This document shows positions 1-10,896 of a stretch of DNA of 64,000 nt, piece by piece. Source of the stretch: Mobula hypostoma (taxonomy: Eukaryota). The notes below the pieces were generated by a model. It was not told the origin of the DNA. It did no database searches and worked only from the letters and a program-made list of their open reading frames with translations. The DNA is taken from NCBI RefSeq assembly GCF_963921235.1, contig NC_086097.1:59026001-59090000 (forward strand). Reading direction: 5' to 3'. How positions within the stretch are numbered: the first letter of the stretch is position 1; every line of letters begins with the position of its first letter. The position numbers were made by a program, and so were the translations under genes.

Positions 1-213
1 GCGCAACGAAAGTGTGCTGTGCGCAAGGCCCGAGCAGCATCCACTGCCACGACAGCACCCACCCACTTGTGTCCCACATGTGGGCGAGCCTTCAGGGCCC
101 GGATTGGCCTCATCAGTCACCTCCGGACCCACAGCCACCAATCTCCCATTTGAATTTGAAGCCATGGTCATCTTCAACTACGAAGGACGAACAACAACAA
201 CAACAACAACAAC
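1..213 (+). mobile_element. 3' end of an RTE (BovB-like) LINE with C-terminal zinc finger and (AAC)n tail
   Basis: Frame 1 (1-153) reads AQRKCAVRKAR...HLCPTCGRAFRARIGLISHLRTHSHQSPI*, the C2H2-like C-terminus typical of RTE ORFs. It is followed by a short 3'UTR (ccatggtcatcttcaactacgaaggacga) and (aac)n at about 190-213. Confidence 0.85.
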
Positions 214-299
214 ATTCCCAGAATAACGATGTTTCATTTGGCTGTATTCATGAGTATTCATGTATGGTTGAATAACAATTAAACCTGAACTTGAACTAG

Positions 300-790
300 T
301 TTTGGTCACCCTGAATAGGACAGATATTGTCATGCTGGAGATGATGCAGAAGAGATTTACAAGGATTCTGCCTGGACTAAAAAGGTTCAAGTTATAGGGA
401 CAGATGGCCATGCTAGATTGCGCTTCCTTGGAGAAAAGAAGAATGAGGGGTGACCTCATAGAAGTTTATAAAATCATATAGAGTAGGGATAAGATGGGCA
501 GTCATAGTTTGTTCCTTGGGTTGAGGAGTCCAAAAGTAGAGGGCCCAGGTACAAGATAAGAGCGGAGAGATATAAAGGAAACCTAAGAGGTAACTATTTA
601 TGAAGAGGGCTGTGAGTACCTGGACTGAGCTGGCAGAGCAACTTCTCAAGGTGGATACAATTACAGCTTTTAAGAATTATATGAATGGGAGGGCTTGGAG
701 TGTTATGGCCTAGGCATGGGCAATAGAGGGGATGGTGTGGTAGGCATGGGGCAGTTGGGCAGAAAGGCCTGTGCTGCATTACTCTTTGTG
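300..790 (+). mobile_element. CR1 LINE 3' fragment, degraded
   Basis: Matches the ORF2 C-terminus and 3'UTR of the full CR1 at 37200-37735 (e.g. agaagaatgaggggtgacctcatagaagtttataaaat). Confidence 0.8.
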
Positions 791-961
791 GTATCAGATA
801 CAAACTAACGTTGATTAAAGAGAGATTATGTAGTGAAATACTTCTTTTTAAAGGGATCCTTTTGGAAGAGGAGAGAGGCAGACGTTTTAAGGCAAGTTCC
901 AGAGCATCATCCTCTTTGAGTGTGATCAATAATTGAAGCTAAAGGAAATGGGGAAGTCAGA

Positions 962-1200
962 ACCGGGTAGCATAGTGGTGCAACTAGTAGAGATTCTGCC
1001 TCAAAACTCTTTCACTTGGGTCGAATCCTGGTCTCTGGACCTGCGTTTGTGGAGTGTGCACACTCTCCCTGTGGTTATCTGGGTTTCTCCAACATCCCAG
1101 AGATATGTGACTTGGTGGGCTAATTGGTCATTGTAAATATCTCCTGGTTTGTAGGTGAATGGTTGGGTTTTGGACTCTGGACCAGAGTAAGGATGAATTG
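962..1200 (+). mobile_element. tRNA-derived V-SINE-like element (HE1-type)
   Basis: tRNA-like head with B-box-like gggtcgaatcc, followed by the V-domain-like tgtggagtgtgcacactctccctgtg...taattggtcattgtaaat. Confidence 0.7.
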
Positions 1201-1401
1201 AACTTGTACAGGATACAGTATAAGTACAGCAGAAATAATTAAGTAACAAGAATGCTGTTTTATTTTCAGTTTGGTTTTTGGGGAACGTAAAAAAATGTTT
1301 ATAATGATTCTGTGGTTTGATAGTATGGATACAGAGAATTTATTTCCACTAGTTAGAAACCATGTCCAAGGAGCAAAATATTAAAACGAATGCTCTGCTT
1401 G

Positions 1402-1515
1402 CAGACTCTTCCTTCAGTTAGTCCTGACGAAGGGTCTCGGCCTGAAACGTCGACTGCACCTCTTCCTACAGATGCTGCCTGGCCTGCTGCGTTCACCAGC
1501 AACTTTTATGTGTGT
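1402..1515 (+). mobile_element. Short Penelope pseudo-LTR-derived insertion carrying a hammerhead ribozyme motif
   Basis: Flanked by the 11-bp direct repeat tgctctgcttg (1391-1401 and 1516-1526). Homologous to copies at 21474, 30491, 40305, 51900 and 60897. Confidence 0.8.
1420..1455 (+). ncRNA. Minimal type I hammerhead ribozyme
   Basis: agtc-CTGACGA-agggtctcggcct-GAAA-CGTC-gact. Stem I is AGTC/GACT, the CUGANGA and GAAA core boxes are intact, stem II is short, stem III is the palindrome ACGU, and the cleavage triplet is GUC. Confidence 0.75.
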
Positions 1516-4500
1516 TGCTCTGCTTGTTTGGAGTGTTTTCAAAATGGGTAGCAGAGAAGTAATTGAAATTCTTATGCAATCAGTGTTATAGCATGGAAAC
1601 AGCCCCTGTTGGCCCAACTTGTTCATGCTGACCAAAGTGCATAGATGAGATAATCCCATTTTCCTCAGTTTTGCCTCACTTTAAACACATGACCTTTGGT
1701 TTTGGACACTGTTGCTCTTGGGAAAGATAGTGACGATCCACTTTCCCTTGTTTTATATTCCTATGGATCATAATTAAGGGCTACAGTTTTTTTTTCTCTG
1801 TTAGGTGACGACATGAGAGTCCACAAAGGAAGGTAGTTTATGTTGGGGTTCAAGTAATGTTGCTGCTTTATGTTATTATTAACCTATGTTGTTACATTTC
1901 CTTTCTTGAACCTCAAATATATTTCCTTTCTTGGACTGTGTATAATACTGAGCGTGCTCAGCATCTTGCATGAAGCAGTAAAGAAGGTGTCCGTTGTTTG
2001 TATTGTACTCAGCAGTAAATCTGTAAAATTGATCACAAAGGGAGCTCCAGCCTACTGGGAAGACTTAATTGAATAGAGAAGTAGGTAACATGGTTGATTT
2101 CCCTATGGCTGTACATAAAGAGAGAATGCTCTCACGCAGCTGTACCGAGAAGAGTTTTTGTGCTTTACTTTTTCATTTTGCTTTCATCCCCAATTTCAAA
2201 GGACTATTTTTGCATAACCAATTTTATACTTACAGCAAAAAATGGCAGTAGGATTTTCCCCTGACAATATGTTAAAATTTTCATAATGTTTCAGCTGCTT
2301 ACCAATGCAATATAAATATGATTAGAGTCAGTCTTTTGCTGTCCCGTGTTAATTATTCTAAGTGCTTTAAAGTTACAAACGCAGCAAATCAACAAACAGT
2401 GGTGTGTTATTTCAAATCACGATTGCTTATTTTTGCATTCATTCTTTTGGAGAAAAAAAATGATGCAGTTTTCACAGCATGCCTTAAGCAATTAGCTGTA
2501 ATCAACATTCAGCACATCTTGGTCATGCAAGAGATCAAATTCAGTTAAGTCTTATTGATCCAAAGTAAATCTGATTTTTCTTTGCATTTACATTGTTTCT
2601 TCTTCCTGGAGGAGGACAGGCACCATGTTGCACGGTTGGACACAATTTAAACCTTTTACATAAGCCTTATTACAATCAATCTGATTCACAACCTGTCAGT
2701 TTGAAACTGGCATTAGCTGGCAGGCATTTTCAGCATGAGGTACGAATGGAGAAAAAGTACTTGCACCACTTACATGGTGTGCTTCACCTTAGGATGGCTG
2801 CCAATATGGTACAAAATCCAATTAACAGAAGCTCTTTAAATGCGCTAATAGGCCTAGCCTTGAAAATTCATCAAAAGGGACAGATAGTGCAACTTGTAAG
2901 CACTGCAAATATAATTAGTAAATACAAGTGTGGTTGATCTATAGCTTCTGCTCAGAACAATTAATATTCGCCAATTTAAGTGACGTAAAATCTGGAGAGC
3001 AATGTATGCAATATATATATAGGTCAATGGTAAAGCTAATTATCAATATTTGACCAAGTCTGCATTCCTAGATAATTGATGCCATCCTTTAGAATATCAA
3101 CTTGTGGATATTTATAGTAGAGTTATAGAATCATAGTGTCATAAAGCAATACACTACAGATACTGGCCCTTTGGCCCAATAATTCTCTGCTGACCATGGT
3201 GCCCACCCAGCTAATCTCAATTTTCTGCATTTGGCTCATATCCCTTAAGCTCAGCCCCTCCATGTACCTGACAGAGTGCTTCTTAAATAATGTTATTGTA
3301 TCTGCTTTAACCATTTCCTTTGGCAACTTGTTTCACTTACTCAGCAGCATTTGCCTGAAAAATGTTGCCCCTCAGTTCCTTTGTAAATCTTTCCAGTTTC
3401 ACCCTATATCTGTTTCCTTATTTTTGGATTCCCCTACCATGGGAAAAAGATTGTTACCGTCCATCTTATCTGTGCCTCTCATTATTTCAAATATGTCTAC
3501 AAGGTTGCCCCTCATTCTCCTACATTCCAAAGAATAAAGACCTAACCTGGCCAACTTCCCCCTCTAACTTAGGCTCTCTAGTCCTGGCAACATCCTCATA
3601 AATCTTTTCTACCCTCTTTGCAGTTTAACCACATCTTTCCTACAACTGGTTGAGCAAAACTGTACACAGCATTGCAAATGTGGCCTCATCAACGACTTAC
3701 ACAACTGCAACATAATGTCCCAACTTAGATACTCAATACCCTGTCTGATGGAGGCCGATGTGCTAAATTACTTTATCACCACACTATCTAAATGTGACGC
3801 AGCTTTCAAAGAACTTGTACTCCTAACTTTCTTTGTTCTATTACACTCTGTAGGGTCCTATCATTTATTGTGTAAGTCCTACTCTGGTTGGACATTTCAA
3901 AATGAGTCAGCTCATTCATTGATATAAATAATGGATAACAAGAGTCCCAACATCAACCAATGTGGCACACCACTAGTCACCGGTCTCTATTCCGAGAAAT
4001 AATCTTCTGTTCCATTACTCCACACCAATTTTTAATCCACCAAACTGGTTCTCTCTGGATTCCATGAGATCCAACCTTCCAGACCAGTCTACCATGCAGG
4101 ACCTTGTCGAAGACCTTGCCAGAGTCCAATTGGAAAACATCTACCGCCTAACCTTTATCTACTTTTACGGTTACCTCTTCAAAAAATCTAAAAGGTTTAT
4201 CAAGCAAAACCATACATGAAGGAAGCCAAGCTGAATCCTCCTAATCAGACCCTCGCTATCTAAACTCTGGTAAGTCCTGTCCCTCAGAATTCCCTCCAGT
4301 AACATCCCCACTACTGAAATGAGACAGACTGTCCTGTAATTCCCTGACATGTCCTTGCTGACTTTTTAAGCAATGGTACTGCATTAACCAGCTTCCAGTC
4401 TTCAGGAACTTCACCAGTGGCCAGCAATGAAGTAAATATCTCTGCAAGGGCTTCCACAACTTCTCCTCTGGTCTTTTAAGGATGTTCTTGTTCGGGTCCT

Positions 4501-5532
4501 GGGAATTTATCTACCTTAATGCACTATAAGGCTGCAAATATCTTCTCAGTAGCAATATGATTGTCCTCCAAAACATTTCCATTTGTTTCCCTTAGCTTGA
4601 GACTGTGATTATTTTTCCAAGGAAAATTTCCATTAAAAATCCCACCCATCTTCTGTGACTTGAGACATAGACAATGATTTCTAAGGGAATTTATTTTCTC
4701 ATTTGCCACCTTTTTACTTTTAAAATGCACTAGCTACATAAGCACTTTGGATTTCCATTATCCCCACCTGCCAAATACATCTCATAACCTTTCTTTAACA
4801 CTCTAATTACCACCTTAAGTGTATTCTTAATCTCTTTATAGCCGTCAAGAGATCTACTCCTCCCTGACTGCCTAAATCCAACTTATGCTTCTTCTTTTTC
4901 TTGATCGTAGCCTCAATATATTTTGGCAGCCAAGGTTCCCTGAACTTGCCAGGTTTACCCGTTATCCTAACAGTAAATTGCTGCTCCTGGACACTTGATA
5001 TCATCAACTTATAAACCTCCCACTTGCCATTTGTTCCCTTAATTTAGCTCACTTCATTGACCTCTGCTATTTCCCCCAGCATTTGCTGTGCTCCAGTTTA
5101 GAATCCCAAGCTGAGGACTTGACCTATTCTTCTCCATCACTAACATAAAACTAATGGAATTATGGTCACCAGAGCCAAAGCACTCCCTCACTATCACTTC
5201 AGTTACTTATTCTGCATCATTGCCCAAGAGGCAATCCAGTATTGTTTCTCCCGAGTAGGGCCATCTCTATATTGACTCAGGATACTTTCCTGGACACATC
5301 TCGCCAATTCCACCCTGTCTAGCCCTTAACGTTCTGGGTTGTCCAGTCAATACTGGGAAAGTTAACATCTCCCATTAATACAACGCTTATAGTTATTCAC
5401 GGAACTAAGAGTCATTTCTCTATACATCTGCTGCTCAAGATCTCACTGACTATTGGAGGGGAGGTTGTTTATTAGAGTGATCCTCCTCTTCTTGTTTAGA
5501 CCTCAATAAGTCTAAGATCACTTATAGACTAA

Positions 5533-6312
5533 GCGGGGCATGTGATTGGAAGATGGTGGCAGATTTAGGCCAGAGGCTCTGCTTCCCAAATGAAATCGTG
5601 GAAACCAACCTCAGACCAGACCTTGTGCTATGGTCGGCCTCACTCCACCTCGTTTACATCATCGAGCTTACAGTGCCCTGGGAGGATGCAGCGGAGGAGG
5701 CGCTTACAGTGCCCTGGGAGGATGCAGCGGAGGAGGCGCTTACAGTGCCCTGGGAGGATGCAGCGGAGGAGGCGCTTACAGTGCCTGGGAGGATGCAGCG
5801 GAGGAGGCGCTTACAGTGCCCTGGGAGGATGCAGCGGAGGAGGCCTACGAGCACAAGAAGCTGAGGTATGTTGAGCTTGCAGCCGACATGCAACAACGTG
5901 GCTGGAAAGCAAGGGTCCAACCGGTCGAAGTAGGCCGCAGAGGATTTGTAGCCACATCAATATCAAGGCTACTTCGGGAGTTGGGAGTGTGAGGGAAGAC
6001 ACACCGACAAGCAGTCAAAGACCTCTCCAGAGCTGCTGAAAAGGGTAGTCAGTGGCTCTGGATGAAGAGAAAGGATTCCATCTGGGCCTCAAGTGAGTGA
6101 AAGGCGTCTAGGGGGTGAGCCTGGGATGGCGGGATTCACTGCTGAACCCTCCGGAGGTGTCATGGGCCTATCAGTGAAACACTGAGGAAAGAGGGTGCCC
6201 ACTTGATAACCCAGAAGATGCCATTGCTCACTTGGCCACAACACAGAGACTGGGCAGTATGTCTCAGGAGTGCACTTAAGGGATATTAACAACTATTCCT
6301 ACATAACATACC
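5533..6312 (+). mobile_element. 5'-truncated HERO-like RLE non-LTR retrotransposon (3' end)
   Basis: Encodes LRPDLVLWS...IIELTVPWE...KKLRY (RLE motif) and is highly similar to 44795-45465. Probable 7-bp TSD tgtttag at 5493-5499 and 6313-6319. Confidence 0.85.
5666..5844 (+). repeat. 36-bp tandem repeat, 5 units (unit 4 is 35 bp)
   Basis: Unit gcttacagtgccctgggaggatgcagcggaggaggc starts at 5666, 5702, 5738, 5774 and 5809, and encodes LTVPWEDAAEEA. Confidence 0.97.
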
Positions 6313-6949
6313 TGTTTAGGTTCAACCCATATGGTCTTGATGGATGACCCGCCAAGAGTGTCATCTCTAATTACTATAGTTTTGGCTTCCCTTATCAAAA
6401 AGGCAGTACCATCTCCTTACTTACCTATATCTCTGTTATACCTGTAGCATCTGTATCCTGGAATGCTGTCAGACATGGTTATGATATCAAAATACAGAGA
6501 GCCAACTCAAGCTCTGCGTTCATCTGCCTGTCCTGTTAAAACTCGTTCATTAAAATAAATGAATTTTAATGGAGTATTCCTCTCACTGCTTTCTTTGTGC
6601 CCCCTAAACTTGTCCACTGGCCCTGTCAATCTAGTTTAATCCCTCCCATGTAGCATTAGCCAATTTCCCTGCAAGGATATTGGCAAATCTGTAGTTCAAG
6701 TGTCACCGTTCCTCTTGCACAGCCTGCCTCTAGTCCAGAAGAGATCCAAATGGTCCGGGAAACCGAGTCTGTACTCCTTACACCATCTCCTCAGCAGTGA
6801 ATTCATCAGGCCCATCCTTCTATTTCTAACTATATCAGTATGTGGCACTAGGAGTAATCCAGACATCACTACCCTTGAGAACCCTCCTCTTAACTTCTTA
6901 CTTAGGTCCCCATACTCATTCTGTAGGAGCTCATCTATTGTTCTACCTC

Positions 6950-7225
6950 AGAATCAGGATCACTGACATTATGTATGTCGTGAAATGTGTTTAGCCGCAG
7001 CAGTACAGTGCAAACATAAAATATTCTGTAAATTAAATAAGGAACATATTTTAAGAATTAAACATTGCAAAAATTGAGCAAAATAGTGAGGTAGGTTTCA
7101 TGGGTTCAACGTCCATTCAGGAATATGATGGTGGAGAGGAAGAAGCTGTTCCTGAAACAGTGATTGTGTGTCTTCAGGCTCCTGTACCTCTTCCTTGATG
7201 GTAGCAATGAGATGAAGGTATTTGC
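6950..7225 (-). mobile_element. Rex1/Babar LINE 3' fragment
   Basis: LLPSRKRYRSLKTHNHCFRNSFF on the minus strand, plus a (ctgatt)-type tail at about 6950. Confidence 0.75.
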
Positions 7226-7479
7226 TTGTACCAAAATGTGCAATGATCTCGGCTGTTCACTCTCCCCCTTAAGAATTTTCTGCAGCTGCTCAGAGACATC
7301 CTTGACCCTAACACCCTGAAGCAACACATCATACCAGTGTCTCTTCTGTGGCCACAGAATCTCCTGTCTGTTCCAATAGAACTGTTTAGACACTTAAAAG
7401 GCTCATTTTTAACCCTGGCCAATTTTTTGTTCCCAGAGATGCAAGTGAGTTTAAAATTCATTCTCTGGTCCAAGGATTA

Positions 7480-7730
7480 CCTGCAAGTGTGGAGTTTGTG
7501 CAATCTCCTTGTGATTCTCTGTGCTTTTCTTGGGTGCTCTGATTTCCTCACACAGCCCAAAGTAGGCTAAACACCAATTGTGAGTTAATCCAGATGTAGA
7601 TGGAGAGTAGGAGATAGAGAGGGGAGTCAATGGGCACCTGAAAAAGAACTGATTACACCCTAGGTAAGTGGAGGAATAGGATTGATAGGATTGCTCAGCT
7701 AGTGTAAAATGAATGGGGTGAATAGCCTGC
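7480..7730 (+). mobile_element. V-SINE-like fragment
   Basis: gtgtggagtttgtgcaatctccttgtg...gggtgctctgatttcctcacacagcccaaa, similar to 962-1200. Confidence 0.6.
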
Positions 7731-8599
7731 ACAATCTAGTAAGGGAATATGAAAAGGTAACATAGGAGGATGAGGGTGAGCCTCACTTAAATTCTGCTCA
7801 CCGACTTCTCACCAGATCCAGGTAGGAAAGAGTAAAATATCAGGGCGTCCAGTTTGGAGGGGTTAGCAAAAGGGTAGCTGCTGATAGAACCAAGCAGCAG
7901 AATCCTATGCTGCTAAATCACTGAGACCATGTAACTGGGAGGGTACAGTAAGGCTGTGGGATTGTGACATTGAGCCCTGCTGACCCTCAGCACCACGGCC
8001 ACTGGGTTGGCTTAGCAGCAAACTTGCTAATAGCTCCGGTTTCAGCAAGCATACTTAATCTGCTGTAAATCATGATATGGCTGGTAAGGTGTGCATCACC
8101 CAGTGCTACTTTGCTTGTTTCAGCAATGGAAATTGTCTCTGTTGTTTATGACTCCATCTCAACAAACTTATATAACAGTGGAGAAAGCCCTCCAACGAGG
8201 AAATGTTCTGAAGGTTCAGCTCAGTCTTCAGGAGAATTTAATATCTGACTCTCTTAAACCGAATAATTTATTGACATGCTTAATGATTACCTTTTATGAA
8301 TGTTGCAAGATATCAGATCAAAATGTACTCCTTATTATGCCATTGGTTAGGCAGAGGACAATAGGTGAAGGCCTCTCCTGGGTCAGAACAACCTGACTCC
8401 AGTACCTGCATATTTCAGTGTGAAAGTCAGGAACCTGCTGGGTCTGGTCATTGGATTTAATGCTGAGTCTAAAGTAGAGCTCAGACACGCTGAGTTCATG
8501 GGCTGGAAGCACATTGTATTGAGCACCTCAGTGACATGGCTGTCTTGGATGGAAGAAGTAAGTGTGATTTTTATTTTAATTGATATTAGTATTTTTAAT

Positions 8600-8930
8600 A
8601 AGATGGTAACACAGCAGTTGAACTACTGGATGAGTATCCCAGAGGTTTGTCCTAACAATTTGGAGACTCAAGTTCAAATCACAATATGGCGCTATGGAAC
8701 TGAATCATAGCTAGTGATCTATAAACAAATTGTCTTGGCAACAATGAACATGAAACTGTTGGGTTGTTGTAAAAACCCACCTGATTCACAAATGTTCTAC
8801 AGGAGAGAAAATCTGCCTCCTTACTCTTTCTGGCCCACATGTGCCTCCAGACCCACATCACTGTGGTTGACATAAAATTCTTCTGAATTGGCCACGTATT
8901 GATTGACAAATGCCAGACTTGGCAATACAA
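8600..8930 (+). mobile_element. Old tRNA-derived SINE
   Basis: tRNA-like head (caagttcaaatc B-box-like) and a body (gttgttgtaaaaacccacctgattcac...gtggttgac) that resembles chondrichthyan SINEs from memory. Highly degraded. Confidence 0.5.
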
Positions 8931-9614
8931 AATTAATAAGTAAAGTATAGTTTATAACAGTTAAATCTGATTAATGAATTGATTTTCACTTGATTTCTTT
9001 ATTTTAAATATTTAAGTTGATTTCAGATGTTTTAAATGGATAAGATTAGCGAAGAAATCTTGAAGGCTGAAGTGGCCTTCAAGAACACAAGCCATCAAAA
9101 GACCCTCAGAGTGGTTCAGAAAAAGGGCCTCAGGATCCATTGCCCGAAGCCTAATTGCCTCTCACAATCTGCTTCTCTCTGTAGAAAGGCCACAAAGTGG
9201 GAGCAGGGTAAGAGTATGCACCTGGAAAGTGCAAATCAAAGGAAAAAGGTTGACCTACATAACTGCACATACAAGAACCTGGTTGGCTTTTGGGTGATCA
9301 GTGAGAGGGAGCTCTGCAATGCTGACTTTGGTGTTGCACAAGTACTGACGCCATCAGATGAGTGTCTGATACTGGAAGCTTCAACCACTCATGAACGAGC
9401 CACTTTGAGGTACACCTCATCAAATTTCAAAATTATTAAGAAATAATCCTGATCACAGTTCACTGTGGAAAAATTATGTAACAGTGAAAAAAAATCTTAA
9501 TTTACTTAACTGAAGTTTTAGGCTATCACAAAATAACACATGAATGCATATTGGTGAGCTCCTTGGGAGTCAAATAGCATTGTCCAAGAGCAAATACCCT
9601 GTCCATAACAAACA

Positions 9615-10560
9615 CATTAGAACATAAAGCACAGAATATTAGAGCACAGTATGGACCCTTCATCCCATGATGTTACTAACCTTTAAAATTACTGCAGGAT
9701 CAATCTAACCCTTTCTTTCCACACAGCCCATAACTCTCCATTCATTGTCATCCAGGTTCTTAACTGCCTGTTGTGTATTAGCCTCAGCCAGCACCTGTGT
9801 GAAAAACTTACATCTAGCATCTCCCCTAAATCTTCCTCTGCTTACATTCAAGGGATGTCCTCTGCTATTGGCCATTGCTACCCTGGGAAAAAAAGGCACT
9901 TGTTGCTATAACCTGAAAAATCTCTGTCAAGTCACCTACGTCCTTCTTCATTCCAAAGAGAAAAGGCCTAGTTTGCTCAAACAAGTTCACTTATCCAGAC
10001 ACTCTCTCTAAAGTTTCCACATCCTTCCTATAATATGGCAATCAGAATTGACGACATACCCCGAGTAGTATCCAGAGTTTTATAGACCTGCAACATTACC
10101 TCACAGCTTTTGAACTCAGTCCTCTGACTAATGAAGGCCAACACACCATACACATTCTTAACCACTCTATCAACTTGTGCGGCAACTTTGAGAGATCTAT
10201 GGACTTTGATCCCCAAAATCTATGTTCCTCCACACTGCTAAGAATTGTGCCATTAATTTTGTATTCTGCCTTCAAGTTCAACCTTTCAAGGTGTATCACT
10301 TCATGTATGGCCGAATTCTGCTCTTATGTCTCATGATCGTCACACTTTTTCAGATTGAACTCCATGCGGCACATCTCAGGCCAGCTCTGCATACTGTTTC
10401 TGTCTCATTGTAAATTATGACAGCCTTCTGTACCCTCTCTAAAACACCCCCAACTTTTGTGTCATCTGCAAACTTACTAACCCTCCCTTCCACTTCCTAA
10501 TCTAAGTCATTTATACACACCACAAAGAGCAGGAGTCCCAGAAATGATCCCTAAGGAAGA
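9615..10560 (-). mobile_element. CR1-clade LINE 3' fragment
   Basis: Minus-strand KVAAQVDRVVKNVYGVLAFI and KFADD-like remnants, with a 3' tail near 9620. Confidence 0.75.
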
Positions 10561-10896
10561 CATTAATGGAGCAACTTCCTCCGTCATGAAGGAGGTGTAG
10601 ACATAAAGCATGTGTCACAGTTGCTGATATCCCTAAAGACATGATTTCATTCCATTGCTGTTATCTGGGCTAATTTTCACCTTTGATGACACTAACTTGT
10701 CAGATTTTTTGAACAGGCTTGCAAGAAATAGAGAAATAAATGTTGTATATTGGGAACTTTACATTACAGGTTGTTGCAGATTGATAAAATCTTGCTTCAC
10801 CAGTGCCTCTTTAGTTCCTTTTTCTTCTGTTCAATTATATATATTCTAAATACAATCATAAATCCATTCTCTGCACAGAACTGTAACTTAAATATA

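Larger units (their letters stand above)
3125..7430 (-). mobile_element. Long degraded CR1 LINE, interrupted by a HERO fragment (5500-6312) and a Rex1 fragment (about 6950-7225)
   Basis: Minus-strand remnants of the 3'UTR, RT, APE endonuclease and ORF1 esterase. GVRVKDVSEQLQKILKGESEQP (ORF 7106..7393) is homologous to ORF1 at 33736-34683. Confidence 0.8.

Noticed and set aside
12..275. Poly-Q and poly-T ORFs
   Set aside because: They are translations of the (AAC)n tail of an RTE LINE. The real frame is frame 1, ending at 153.
962..1030. tRNA gene
   Set aside because: It is a degenerate tRNA-derived SINE head that does not form a full cloverleaf.
2774..2835. Minus-strand peptide ASVNWILYHIGSHPKV resembling a cytochrome P450 I-helix end, followed by gtaagt
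   Set aside because: In-frame stops lie immediately upstream, there is no GHDTT motif, and no other P450 exons were seen. Likely coincidence.
5666..5844. 36-bp repeats as a CRISPR array
   Set aside because: The units are head-to-tail with no spacers, lie inside a retrotransposon ORF, and there are no cas genes. The DNA is eukaryotic.
9036..9446. 136-aa ORF as a gene
   Set aside because: No recognisable domain. Kept only as a weak candidate exon in the findings.
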